Shown: in pieces, positions 1 through 7,925 of the stretch
How positions within the stretch are numbered: the stretch's first letter is position 1
How the letters are laid out: each line of letters begins with the position of its first letter
Sequence record: OL744216.1
Direction: 5' to 3' (one strand)
Length of the DNA stretch: 64,000 nucleotides
Origin: Enterobacter phage vB_ExiM_F4M1E
Position numbers and translations under genes: made by a program
Notes under the pieces: model-generated
What the model was told of the DNA's origin: nothing
Database searches by the model: none
The model's input: the letters and a program-made list of their open reading frames with translations, nothing else

Positions 1-78
1 CGCAAGAAAGCGCCTACGTGATCGGGAAGGGTACGGATCACGCCTCCCACGTGGCACAAAACTTTATTTGCAAAACGC

Positions 79-108
79 TTGACGTGTGGTTATGCCGTCG
101 CCTACAAT
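79..108 (+). promoter_or_regulatory. sigma70-like promoter (TTGACG, 18 bp spacer, TACAAT)
   Basis: -35 ttgacg at 79-84 and -10 tacaat at 103-108, immediately upstream of the ORF starting at 155. Confidence 0.5.
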
Positions 109-154
109 TACGGCATAGACAAACGAAAGCAGACAACCAAACGAGGGTTAAATT

Positions 155-448
155 ATGTTTGAAGTATTCGCCGGAATGTGCTTTTATGCCGCCGCCGCTT
201 TAAAGCAGTGTGATGATTTTGTTGTGGAGTCCTACGACGATCCGCTGACGTGTGAGATCGTGGCGACCGATTACCGCCAGGACACCCGCTGGATTAACCC
301 GGCTTGTATTCCATCGCCAGAAGTCGAACCGATGCCAGAAGGCGAAGAGATTCAAGATCCTGCCGTGGCTGTTACCTCGTTTTTTGTGGATAATCTGGAC
401 GCCGCCGCGCTGGTCCAAATGTACGCAAGCCAGGAGGCCGCACAATGA
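155..448 (+). CDS. hypothetical small early protein (97 aa)
   Basis: ORF directly downstream of the promoter at 79-108; acidic protein. Confidence 0.5.
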   Translation: MFEVFAGMCFYAAAALKQCDDFVVESYDDPLTCEIVATDYRQDTRWINPACIPSPEVEPMPEGEEIQDPAVAVTSFFVDNLDAAALVQMYASQEAAQ

Positions 449-588
449 ACCACAGCCGCAACATTGCAAAGCGCCGCCGCCCTAATTCCAGCGCCGCCAA
501 TGATGAGCGCCGGATCGCTGGTTTCATCGCTTGCGGCTACACCGTACAGCAGGCCCGGCAAATGGTAAAAGCAAAAGGCAGAAAATAA
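445..588 (+). CDS. hypothetical small basic protein (47 aa)
   Basis: ATGA overlap with the upstream stop; aggagg RBS at 432-437; not in the ORF track (<60 aa). Confidence 0.35.
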   Translation: MNHSRNIAKRRRPNSSAANDERRIAGFIACGYTVQQARQMVKAKGRK

Positions 589-591
589 TTG

Positions 592-621
592 TTGACACCG
601 GGCACCGTCCCGGCTTATAAT
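592..621 (+). promoter_or_regulatory. consensus sigma70 promoter with palindromic GC spacer (TTGACA, 18 bp, TATAAT)
   Basis: ttgaca then ccgggcaccgtcccggct then tataat; spacer stem ccggg/cccgg. Confidence 0.65.
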
Positions 622-659
622 TCAGCTACACCAAACAAAACAGGCAAACGAGGCCACAA

Positions 660-839
660 ATGAAATCATCCTTACTTTTCGCCCTGGTAGACATAGTGAT
701 CGGCAATGGTTGCGGTCAACATACCTTCATTGCAAACCGTCCCTATCCGCTCAAATCGTTGCAGGCCGACGCCCGCCTAACCGCCGGGCAGATCCGCCGC
801 TACTTTCGTGAACCACACCCGGCAAAAACTGCAAAATAA
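660..839 (+). CDS. hypothetical small protein (59 aa)
   Basis: ATG about 40 nt downstream of the promoter at 592; MKSSLLFALVDIVIGNG... Confidence 0.4.
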   Translation: MKSSLLFALVDIVIGNGCGQHTFIANRPYPLKSLQADARLTAGQIRRYFREPHPAKTAK

Positions 840-842
840 TTG

Positions 843-872
843 TTGACGCCGGGCACCGCCCCGGCTTATAAT
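843..872 (+). promoter_or_regulatory. consensus sigma70 promoter with palindromic GC spacer
   Basis: ttgacg then ccgggcaccgccccggct then tataat; near-identical to the promoter at 592. Confidence 0.65.
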
Positions 873-902
873 TACCGAACACAAACAAACGAGGCTACAA
901 AA

Positions 903-1202
903 ATGCAACAGGCAAACACTCTTTTCATTCTGGCAAACGTAGCGGATCACGTTGTGGCGTCACTGTCCAACGTGGCGGGCACCGTGCAGATCATTTGCCG
1001 CCATATGGATGACACCGCGCCGAACCGCCTACAAATCAACGTAGACCGTAAAGGGGCCGACTTTGTGATCTCTTATGATGCCATTTACAACGGGCGGCGC
1101 TTTATGCAGGCCAAAAGCGACCCGATCCCGGCTAACTACATTCAGGAGGCGATCGCCGTCCTGGTAAACGACACTATCCCGGCGGGGGCTATGTTACCAT
1201 GA
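903..1202 (+). CDS. hypothetical protein (99 aa)
   Basis: ATG 903 after the promoter at 843; the track ORF 840..1202 has an upstream alternative start. Confidence 0.55.
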   Translation: MQQANTLFILANVADHVVASLSNVAGTVQIICRHMDDTAPNRLQINVDRKGADFVISYDAIYNGRRFMQAKSDPIPANYIQEAIAVLVNDTIPAGAMLP

Positions 1203-1354
1203 ATCCGCATAAACTTTTAATCACCGCCTACCCAAACAAGGCGGATCGCCGTGAAACTTTGGACCGCTTAACCCTGTATTATCAGGAGGCCGGGCACAGT
1301 AAAGCGACGGCCCGCGCCTTGGCTAAAAAACGTTTACGTTTTGGTAAAAATTAG
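1199..1354 (+). CDS. hypothetical small protein (51 aa)
   Basis: ATGA-coupled to the upstream gene; stop tag at 1352-1354. Confidence 0.35.
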   Translation: MNPHKLLITAYPNKADRRETLDRLTLYYQEAGHSKATARALAKKRLRFGKN

Positions 1355-1355
1355 C

Positions 1356-1384
1356 TTGACGCCCGGCCCGAAAGGGCCGATAAT
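1356..1384 (+). promoter_or_regulatory. sigma70 promoter, hairpin spacer (cccggcccgaaagggcc), -10 GATAAT
   Basis: ttgacg, 17 bp palindromic spacer, gataat; followed by the conserved leader catagggcgggg...ccccgc. Confidence 0.6.
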
Positions 1385-1436
1385 CTCTCACATAGGGCGG
1401 GGAATGGTTCCCCGCATTATCTAAGAGGTTATGAAT

Positions 1437-1589
1437 ATGTTTACTTTGATGACTTGGGAACACGAATCAAGCGCCCCTGTCCGCCGGACCTTTGAAAACT
1501 TATGCGCCGCTTATCGCCTGGCGCAAGGCGGTTACTATAAAGCCCAAATCATCGACGAAAATAATATTGTAATGTACGAATTTAAATGA
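1437..1589 (+). CDS. hypothetical small protein (~50 aa)
   Basis: aagagg RBS then ATG; downstream of the promoter at 1356. Confidence 0.35.
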   Translation: MFTLMTWEHESSAPVRRTFENLCAAYRLAQGGYYKAQIIDENNIVMYEFK

Positions 1590-1618
1590 TTGACATCCGG
1601 CCCGAAAGGGCCGATAAT
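1590..1618 (+). promoter_or_regulatory. sigma70 promoter, hairpin spacer, -10 GATAAT
   Basis: ttgaca, tccggcccgaaagggcc (17 bp), gataat. Confidence 0.6.
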
Positions 1619-1654
1619 GACCCCACACCAAACAAAAGAGAGAGAGACCGTAAA

Positions 1655-1861
1655 ATGATTACTATGATTCTTCAAAAGTCCCGCCTGATTGATGTTACCG
1701 TTACCCTGTCCGCTTGCGGTGACACGTCCCGCCGGGCCGATCATTACCAGGTGACCGCTGTTAGTGATCGCGGCGCTGTCCTGCTGTCTGAAGTAACAGA
1801 GCATTTGCACGAGGCTTTTAAAACCTATTCAAAGTGGAAAGGCGACGAAGAAATAAAATAA
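1655..1861 (+). CDS. hypothetical small protein (68 aa)
   Basis: ATG 1655 downstream of the promoter at 1590 with a gagagaga purine run. Confidence 0.5.
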   Translation: MITMILQKSRLIDVTVTLSACGDTSRRADHYQVTAVSDRGAVLLSEVTEHLHEAFKTYSKWKGDEEIK

Positions 1862-1869
1862 AAATCCGC

Positions 1870-1899
1870 TTGACGCCGGGGCCACGTTGGCCCCATAAT
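1870..1899 (+). promoter_or_regulatory. sigma70 promoter, hairpin spacer (ggggccacgttggcccc), -10 CATAAT
   Basis: ttgacg, 18 bp palindromic spacer, cataat. Confidence 0.6.
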
Positions 1900-1933
1900 G
1901 CCACCACACCAAACGAATAAAGAGAATCACAAA

Positions 1934-2188
1934 ATGTTAAAATTCATCAAATCACTTTTCACCCGCACCACCCCGGCTTGCAAGTTGCCACCCCTGGAGG
2001 CTAAAGGCGTGATCGCTCGCAAAGTCTCAGAATTGTTTATCATTTCATTGGTTCACAACGGCGGAGACTGTTACGAAATCATCGAAATGGGCCGCTACAC
2101 TAAAACAGGGTCAAGCCGTGTCCGTTACGGTGAACACCGCGCCCGGAATCATTTTGATTCTGTATGCTGTATGGTGGGTGCAAAATAA
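1934..2188 (+). CDS. hypothetical small protein (84 aa)
   Basis: ATG 1934 downstream of the promoter at 1870. Confidence 0.5.
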   Translation: MLKFIKSLFTRTTPACKLPPLEAKGVIARKVSELFIISLVHNGGDCYEIIEMGRYTKTGSSRVRYGEHRARNHFDSVCCMVGAK

Positions 2189-2191
2189 ACC

Positions 2192-2220
2192 TTGACGGGG
2201 CCAACGTTAGGCCCCATAAT
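2192..2220 (+). promoter_or_regulatory. sigma70 promoter, hairpin spacer (gggccaacgttaggccc), -10 CATAAT
   Basis: ttgacg, 17 bp palindromic spacer, cataat; leader catagggcgacacaacgccgccc follows. Confidence 0.6.
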
Positions 2221-2272
2221 GTAACACATAGGGCGACACAACGCCGCCCACAAACAGAAAAGAGATCGTAAA

Positions 2273-2632
2273 ATGAGCAAATACACCCCGTGGGAACCAA
2301 TGTACAAAATCACCCTGTCCGAGTGCAGCAAAAACGAACTGGATGGAATTGTCCGCGCCGCTACTGCCGTGATCCGTGGGCTTAACTTCAAACGTTTAAC
2401 CTTCAAAGAAGTAAAACAAATTTTTGAAATGCCGGATCACAAGGCCGCTTCCCGCTTGGGGCTTACTGTAACATCGCAAGGGCTTTACAAAGATCACGAC
2501 CTTAAAGGGCCGCACGTGTGGCTTTTAGCTTGCGCCGTGGGCCGCACCATTGCCGACACTATCAAAGAGATGAAAGCGCTACGCGATGACGCAAAAGCCC
2601 GCCGGGCCGCGCTGGAAGTGGCACAAAAATAA
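2273..2632 (+). CDS. hypothetical protein (119 aa)
   Basis: ORF after the promoter at 2192. Confidence 0.6.
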   Translation: MSKYTPWEPMYKITLSECSKNELDGIVRAATAVIRGLNFKRLTFKEVKQIFEMPDHKAASRLGLTVTSQGLYKDHDLKGPHVWLLACAVGRTIADTIKEMKALRDDAKARRAALEVAQK

Positions 2633-2645
2633 TTTAAAAATAAAG

Positions 2646-2675
2646 TTGACGCCGGGAAGCGTTACGGGCTATACT
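2646..2675 (+). promoter_or_regulatory. sigma70 promoter (TTGACG, 18 bp, TATACT)
   Basis: ttgacg, ccgggaagcgttacgggc (partly palindromic), tatact; drives the 25-aa hydrophobic peptide ORF. Confidence 0.5.
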
Positions 2676-2723
2676 CTTTTCATCGGGTCACAACAGACCA
2701 AAACAAACAAAGAGAGAAACAAA

Positions 2724-2801
2724 ATGAGCGTAATCTTCCTGGTATCTGTTTTCGTAGCTATCGCATCTTCTACCGCAATTTGTATCAAACTGGGATACTA
2801 A
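2724..2801 (+). CDS. 25-aa hydrophobic micro-protein (MSVIFLVSVFVAIASSTAICIKLGY)
   Basis: own promoter at 2646; agagagaaa RBS; single predicted TM helix. Confidence 0.35.
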   Translation: MSVIFLVSVFVAIASSTAICIKLGY

Positions 2802-2805
2802 TAAA

Positions 2806-3198
2806 ATGACTACTTTCAACGTTTTAAACTTAAACGCTTTTATCGCGGGTTACATTGAGGCAATGTTTTTTGCAGAGTCCGCCACCGATAGCGACGGCGA
2901 AGAAATCGAAAGTTTAGCCGGGTATGAGTTAAGCGCTGAAGCCCTGGACGCTGCCCGCATGGATTGCGCCCGCTTTATGGATGTTGCGCCGCTGTTACTC
3001 AAAGGGGCAATGTTGGCAGGGGTTGACTACGACCACACCCAGGCAGGCCGGGATCTATGGTTTAGCCGTCAAGGTCACGGCGTAGGATTCTGGGATCGCG
3101 GACTTGGGACGATCGGTGATAAACTTCACGACGTGGCGCAGACTTTCGGATCAAAAAATCTGTTTATCAATGATGCTGGATTTATTGAGGTAGAATAA
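2806..3198 (+). CDS. hypothetical protein (130 aa)
   Basis: ORF, acidic. Confidence 0.55.
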   Translation: MTTFNVLNLNAFIAGYIEAMFFAESATDSDGEEIESLAGYELSAEALDAARMDCARFMDVAPLLLKGAMLAGVDYDHTQAGRDLWFSRQGHGVGFWDRGLGTIGDKLHDVAQTFGSKNLFINDAGFIEVE

Positions 3199-3659
3199 TG
3201 AACCTTACAGATCTGAAGTATTACGATGAATTAACCCCAGCGGCGCAAGCTGAAGCCCGGCGCAACGTTGCCGCCAGTGTGCAGACTCACCACGGGCGGG
3301 AAATCGGAAAGGCGTTTTTTAAATTCCAGCGGGACCCAAACAAGGCGATCAATGACCCGCTACACATCCGCCGGATCGTCAACGGCGGCGAAGCGTGGCG
3401 CAAGATCCGCCAGGAGGGCGACGCCTATCTAATCCGCTTTATCCGGTCCAATAAAGTGATCTTTACTGATTGCGGTGCGTATGTGGCGTATGTGGACGCC
3501 TTCACAATGTTTATTGATGGGTTGGAATACATACCCACAGCCGAACAGCAAAAGACGCTTAGAACGCCTTACATCGACGTTAACGGGCGCGGCCCGGCGT
3601 TTCATAATTGGCTATACCGTATGCACCACAAAATAAAGTTTTTCATGATCCGGGGTTGA
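3198..3659 (+). CDS. hypothetical protein (153 aa)
   Basis: ATGA-coupled ORF. Confidence 0.55.
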   Translation: MNLTDLKYYDELTPAAQAEARRNVAASVQTHHGREIGKAFFKFQRDPNKAINDPLHIRRIVNGGEAWRKIRQEGDAYLIRFIRSNKVIFTDCGAYVAYVDAFTMFIDGLEYIPTAEQQKTLRTPYIDVNGRGPAFHNWLYRMHHKIKFFMIRG

Positions 3660-3684
3660 CACCCGGCGGAATAGGGCCGATAAT
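3656..3684 (+). promoter_or_regulatory. sigma70 promoter, hairpin spacer, -10 GATAAT
   Basis: ttgaca, cccggcggaatagggcc (17 bp), gataat; leader catagggcggggaatggtccccgg follows. Confidence 0.6.
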
Positions 3685-3737
3685 GTCTCTCATAGGGCGG
3701 GGAATGGTCCCCGGCCCAATGACCTGGAGTCAGTACA

Positions 3738-3989
3738 ATGGAAATCAAACACGTAATTTCTGCAAACGTCGCCGTTTTAGGTTCTGTAAGTGAAACCCGT
3801 GTGAGTCTCGCTAAATGGTGCGCCGCTCAAACTTTCGGGAGTTACGGCGAAAAGGTAACAGAGGTTAAGCGCTTGCTTTCCTTTGGTAACGTGGGCCGCA
3901 AGTTGTTAACAGAGGATATCGCCCGCCGGGTTGAGATCCATTATTCACTTGCTCAAATCATCGTAAAAGAGATCGAAAGCGTAATTTAA
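3738..3989 (+). CDS. hypothetical protein (83 aa)
   Basis: ORF after the promoter at 3656. Confidence 0.55.
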   Translation: MEIKHVISANVAVLGSVSETRVSLAKWCAAQTFGSYGEKVTEVKRLLSFGNVGRKLLTEDIARRVEIHYSLAQIIVKEIESVI

Positions 3990-4025
3990 CCCGGCCCGGC
4001 CCCGCAAGGGGCCAACAGAGGACAA

Positions 4026-4250
4026 ATGAGAATGATTATCAAAAACACTTTGGGCAAAACTGATTTTCTGCGCTCGCTGGAGATCGGCAAGCCGCAAGCC
4101 TGGTATTGTAAAAAGCTGGCGCATGATGAAATGAAAGATTTTACAGCCACGTTAACCCGCGTTAAAATCAGCATTACCCAAAAGAAAGCGCTTTTAGTGA
4201 TTGAGGGGCAGATCCCGCAAACCGTGATCATTGTTGAGAGGACCGCATAA
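4026..4250 (+). CDS. hypothetical protein (74 aa)
   Basis: ORF with gaggacaa RBS. Confidence 0.45.
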   Translation: MRMIIKNTLGKTDFLRSLEIGKPQAWYCKKLAHDEMKDFTATLTRVKISITQKKALLVIEGQIPQTVIIVERTA

Positions 4251-4251
4251 A

Positions 4252-4476
4252 ATGGGGGCCAATACTCGCAACCGCTACGGCATAACGCGCCGTTTCGGGG
4301 TCTGCTATATGCTGGCAGATGATCCACAATATCGGGCCTTGCTGGAGGCTTACCAGGTCACCAAACTGGACGCCCAAAAGGGCCGGGCCGAACACGACGC
4401 CCACACCGCCAACATTAAAGCGCTTCACGACTTTTTAGCCGTCGCGGAAAAGCGTCACGACATCCGCCACAATTGA
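4252..4476 (+). CDS. hypothetical protein (74 aa)
   Basis: ATG 4252 with gagagga RBS; the track ORF starts earlier at 4231. Confidence 0.45.
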   Translation: MGANTRNRYGITRRFGVCYMLADDPQYRALLEAYQVTKLDAQKGRAEHDAHTANIKALHDFLAVAEKRHDIRHN

Positions 4477-4486
4477 GGGCCGAACC

Positions 4487-4681
4487 ATGATCACAGCTTC
4501 AGAGATCCGCCAAACGTTAGCCGCCTTGCGTTACCTCCACGCCTTACGCCGGGAAAGTGATCCGACTTATGCCGGGTCATGCCTGGCTAACGATGCCGAA
4601 AACGGGATCGCCACACTGAAAGAATTAAATGATCGCATGAGCGACAGCGACCGATCCGACTTTATCGGGGGCGAAATATGA
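4487..4681 (+). CDS. hypothetical protein (64 aa)
   Basis: ORF with gaggg RBS. Confidence 0.45.
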   Translation: MITASEIRQTLAALRYLHALRRESDPTYAGSCLANDAENGIATLKELNDRMSDSDRSDFIGGEI

Positions 4682-4986
4682 TCGCCATTACGCCAACCGT
4701 TTTAGATTGGTATCGCCAGCAGATCGCGCCGCCGCTGGCTATCTTCAAACAGGCCGAAAGCAAACAGCGCCGGATCTCCATTCATGAGATCATTACGCTT
4801 AACGCTGGGCAGAAAATGAATGTTTCCCGGTCCCATATGGGCAACACGTTAGCGCTTTTAAGTTTACGCCGCAAGCGTCAACGGTTAACCCTGGAATCAC
4901 TCCGCATGATGGGACAGCCGCACCAGGTCACCGGGGACAGGATCGCCAGGGCATGGAACCGGGCAAACAGTCGAAAGGCTGGATGA
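4678..4986 (+). CDS. hypothetical protein (102 aa)
   Basis: ATGA-coupled ORF, basic C-terminus. Confidence 0.45.
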   Translation: MIAITPTVLDWYRQQIAPPLAIFKQAESKQRRISIHEIITLNAGQKMNVSRSHMGNTLALLSLRRKRQRLTLESLRMMGQPHQVTGDRIARAWNRANSRKAG

Positions 4987-5128
4987 ATTAACAGTGTTCA
5001 CAGGGGTTGACTTGTTCGCCCCTTTTTTGTTATCCTTTTGTCATGCGATGGCACCTGATGCAGGGGGAGACAAACACCGGACCTGCCCGCTATTCAGGGA
5101 GGCGGACCGGACCTGGGCCGCGCCGGGC

Positions 5129-5150
5129 AAATGAGAATGGTTATCATTCC
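5129..5150. promoter_or_regulatory. Fur-box-like / AATGAT-ATCATT dyad motif (isolated copy)
   Basis: aaatgagaatggttatcattcc resembles GATAATGATAATCATTATC. Confidence 0.35.
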
Positions 5151-5405
5151 CAACAAAATCAAATACATACTTTAAAACCGTTGTCAAATTTATTTCTTAC
5201 CCCTGTATAAATGTACATGCCCGCCAAACGCTCTAAAACGCGTTTTAAGCCGTTTTGCCCTTCCCCGGTATCCTACACCATAAAAATATAGATCGCCCGA
5301 AATCGGACTTTCGCACTTTTTGTCCTTGCAAACGTGAAATTTTTATGTTAGGCCTGAAGGGCTGAAAGCCGGGTGTACGTTGACAAAACTTTACAAAACT
5401 CCCTA

Positions 5406-5434
5406 TTGACGCCCGGCCCGTTATCCCTGATAAT
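5406..5434 (+). promoter_or_regulatory. sigma70 promoter, -10 GATAAT
   Basis: ttgacg, cccggcccgttatccct (17 bp), gataat; leader cgtagggcggcaatgatgcgacggccc follows; second ttgaca at 5381. Confidence 0.55.
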
Positions 5435-5486
5435 GTATCTCGTAGGGCGGCAATGATGCGACGGCCCACAAAGAGGGGACAGTAAA

Positions 5487-5726
5487 ATGAAAGAAATCAT
5501 GACCTTGGTAAAATCCCGTATGTTACGTGGCGGATTCAACGCATACGCCGACGGCAATATCATTGCCACGGTCGCAAAAGTTACAAAAAATGATAATGAT
5601 TCTCAGTTCGCCGGGCAGTATCGGATCTGTTTTACCCGTGGAAAGTTGCAAGGTAAAACGGCATACGCACCAGATTTTCAAGAGCTTAATGATCGTATTT
5701 GCGCCGTTTTAGATTTTGCAAAATAA
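5487..5726 (+). CDS. hypothetical protein (79 aa)
   Basis: ORF after the promoter at 5406; agagggga RBS. Confidence 0.55.
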   Translation: MKEIMTLVKSRMLRGGFNAYADGNIIATVAKVTKNDNDSQFAGQYRICFTRGKLQGKTAYAPDFQELNDRICAVLDFAK

Positions 5727-5729
5727 ATG

Positions 5730-5758
5730 TTGACGCTGGGGCCGAAAGGCCCCATAAT
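5730..5758 (+). promoter_or_regulatory. sigma70 promoter, hairpin spacer (ctggggccgaaaggccc), -10 CATAAT
   Basis: ttgacg, 17 bp palindromic spacer, cataat. Confidence 0.6.
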
Positions 5759-5803
5759 ACCCACTCAAGCAACAAACCACTAAAAACACTGGAGACCGTA
5801 AAA

Positions 5804-6118
5804 ATGACCAAATCTAAATTTTTCGAAATGCTGGATCGCTACCTGTCAAGCCATAACGAGTGGGCCAAACTGGGCAACGGGTACGACTCATACAAGGCCG
5901 AACAGTTAAAACCTTATGTTTTCCATGAGGACCCGGCGAACCTGGAGAAGTGGAAAGCGAAAGATCCGTCCTATCCTTGGACCGCTCACGCTTCAGGCTT
6001 TACCCTGGCTGATTGTTGGCATGTTGAGGTAATGCAACATAAAACCGCTGAAGCCGCCGAAAAACAGCACGTAATTTTCACCCGCTGGATCGCAGACTAT
6101 CAAAAGGCCCGCGCTTAA
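5804..6118 (+). CDS. hypothetical protein (104 aa)
   Basis: ATG 5804 after the promoter at 5730; ctggagacc RBS. Confidence 0.55.
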   Translation: MTKSKFFEMLDRYLSSHNEWAKLGNGYDSYKAEQLKPYVFHEDPANLEKWKAKDPSYPWTAHASGFTLADCWHVEVMQHKTAEAAEKQHVIFTRWIADYQKARA

Positions 6119-6363
6119 TGTCCCGGCTTTTTAAAATCAATCTTCCATTGTGGGCCGCTTTAGCGGTCCTCATTGCCTTTTCTGGCGATACGGTCAACAA
6201 TTGGATTTTGTCCGCTGTACTTGGACCCGATCAAATGGTCACAACATTTTTAAACGCTTTCGGCGCTACACTGGCAACGGCCCGCCTTGCCTATCGTGGC
6301 AAATCAATAAACCGTTATGATCTGGCGCTATCACTGCCCGCCCTGGTTACCTGCCTAAACTGA
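6118..6363 (+). CDS. hypothetical membrane protein (81 aa)
   Basis: ATGA-coupled; hydrophobic segments. Confidence 0.5.
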   Translation: MSRLFKINLPLWAALAVLIAFSGDTVNNWILSAVLGPDQMVTTFLNAFGATLATARLAYRGKSINRYDLALSLPALVTCLN

Positions 6364-6367
6364 AGAG

Positions 6368-6395
6368 GCCCGCCACCCCGGCGGGCTTTTCTTTT
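6368..6395 (+). terminator. rho-independent terminator
   Basis: gcccgcc-acccc-ggcgggc hairpin followed by ttttcttttg. Confidence 0.7.
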
Positions 6396-6695
6396 GTCCC
6401 AAACGTGGCAAGCCTGGAGGCCCGGCCCGGTATCGGTCCGACTCCCCCAGTCAATCCCCTTATCACTTCCATTTGTGGAAATCAACACTTAATTTTATTC
6501 ACTTTAAAGCGCATAATTGAATAAACGAGGAGCTAACCCACTAACCAGGGTTGAGAGTAGCGGCCCGCATAGGGCCTTACAGCGCGTTTTAGCCCCTATT
6601 GACTTCTATCTGCAAACGTGTATCAAGCCGGATCGGTGAATCATCCATTTTCTTTACATAACTTGACACTATTTATTCATTTATCTGCATAATGC

Positions 6696-6713
6696 TAGAA
6701 TGATTCTCATTTA
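6696..6713. repeat. AATGATTCTCATT motif copy
   Basis: tagaatgattctcattt. Confidence 0.4.
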
Positions 6714-6758
6714 CTATCAATAACTTAACTTTTTATTGACTTCTGACAAAACACGGTT

Positions 6759-6906
6759 TTACGTTCCCACGGATCAAGGGAGGGCGCGCCGTAGGCGCGA
6801 CCAATAGAAAACAGGTAACGGATCACCCCCTTTGCTAACTCGCAAAGGATTGTGCTCACGTTCCCACGGTCAAGGGATGACCGCTATCACCTGTTTTCTA
6901 TTGGTC
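6759..6906. repeat. composite direct-repeat/inverted-repeat element
   Basis: direct repeats cacgttcccacggNtcaaggga at 6759-6781 and 6856-6877; perfect 18-bp inverted repeat gaccaatagaaaacaggt / acctgttttctattggtc at 6800-6817 and 6889-6906; GGCGCGCC palindrome inside. Confidence 0.6.
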
Positions 6907-7165
6907 ATTACGTAGTAATAAAACCGCTATTGTCAAGGGCTTTTTAGTGCCTACAGGCACAAATACGAATTATTCTCATCTGCATAAAGATTGGTTTTAT
7001 CTGCATAAGTACGTAAACAGGCGGACCCGTACAGCGTAGCGGGGGCCGCATAGGCCCTACCGGGCAAGGGCCTTTATTGCTCACAAAACAGCCGAAAGCG
7101 TAGTATTTGCCTGGCAAAATTCGCTCTTCGTGTCAAGCGAAAAATAATTTTTTTTTCTTTTTGCG

Positions 7166-7313
7166 TAAACGATAATGATTCTCATCCGAGAACCATTCTC
7201 AAAGGGCTAATGCGAATCATTCTCATTATCATGCCACAAGGTGAGTGAGACTCATTCTCATCCAGGCCAGTGCTGGCGGGCCTCTCCACGTGTTGGGAAT
7301 GATTATCATTCAC
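7166..7313. promoter_or_regulatory. cluster of >=5 Fur-box-like AATGATTCTCAT(T) repeats
   Basis: gataatgattctcatcc, gagaaccattctc, gcgaatcattctcattatcat, gagactcattctcatcc, gggaatgattatcattcac. Confidence 0.5.
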
Positions 7314-7678
7314 GTCAGTGCGTATAAGGTGTATTATGTTAAATGGGGAAATGTTGGGGGAGGCACACCACGGCCCGGCTGTCAATAAGAGAAGTGTAAA
7401 GATGGGCAAGATGGTAGACATTTTGTGACTTTGATCGCGTAAAGTTAGGGGCTACCGATCTGGATTCAAGATTGAGAGGGAGAGGCTAAGTGATTGATTA
7501 TTAAGGATATTTGGGAAAAATAACAGGTGCCCCTCCCCACCCCTGTTCGCCATGCCTGGCAGCTATATCCACACACTGAGATATTTTTCTGGTTTCTGGG
7601 CAAGAAGGGCCACCCCTGATCGCGTTCTAAAAATTTTGGCGGGAGGGTATTTTGACATAAAAAGAGGGCACAGCGCCT

Positions 7679-7870
7679 TACAGGTGAGCCTCTTCAGGCG
7701 TCCCTTGATATTTGGGCAATGTGGGAATACAGACGGGTACGTCTCTGTGGGAACAGGTATACCCGGCGGGAGAGGGCCTCCCGGACGGGGTATGGCGCTC
7801 GCAGAGTTATCAACAGGTCTGCCTCTTTAGGCAGTGGGTACAAGACAGGTTAGGCTCTTCAGGTCTACCA
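7679..7870. repeat. three copies of ACAGGTnnGCCTCTTyAGG plus TGTGGGAA repeats
   Basis: acaggtgagcctcttcagg at 7679, acaggtctgcctctttagg at 7813, acaggttaggctcttcagg at 7845. Confidence 0.45.
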
Positions 7871-7901
7871 GTGTGGGAAACAAAATTGTGGAGGGAGATA
7901 C

Positions 7902-7925
7902 AAAAATACCGCCCGAAGGCGGTTT
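7902..7925 (-). terminator. rho-independent terminator (ccgcccgaaggcgg family)
   Basis: hairpin accgcccgaaggcggt with an A-run on plus immediately 5'; ends the minus-strand gene stopping at 7924. Confidence 0.6.

Noticed and set aside
5007-5210. 67-aa ORF in the 4990-5400 gap
   Set aside because: No promoter or RBS. The sequence includes a Fur-box-like repeat and looks like non-coding spacer.
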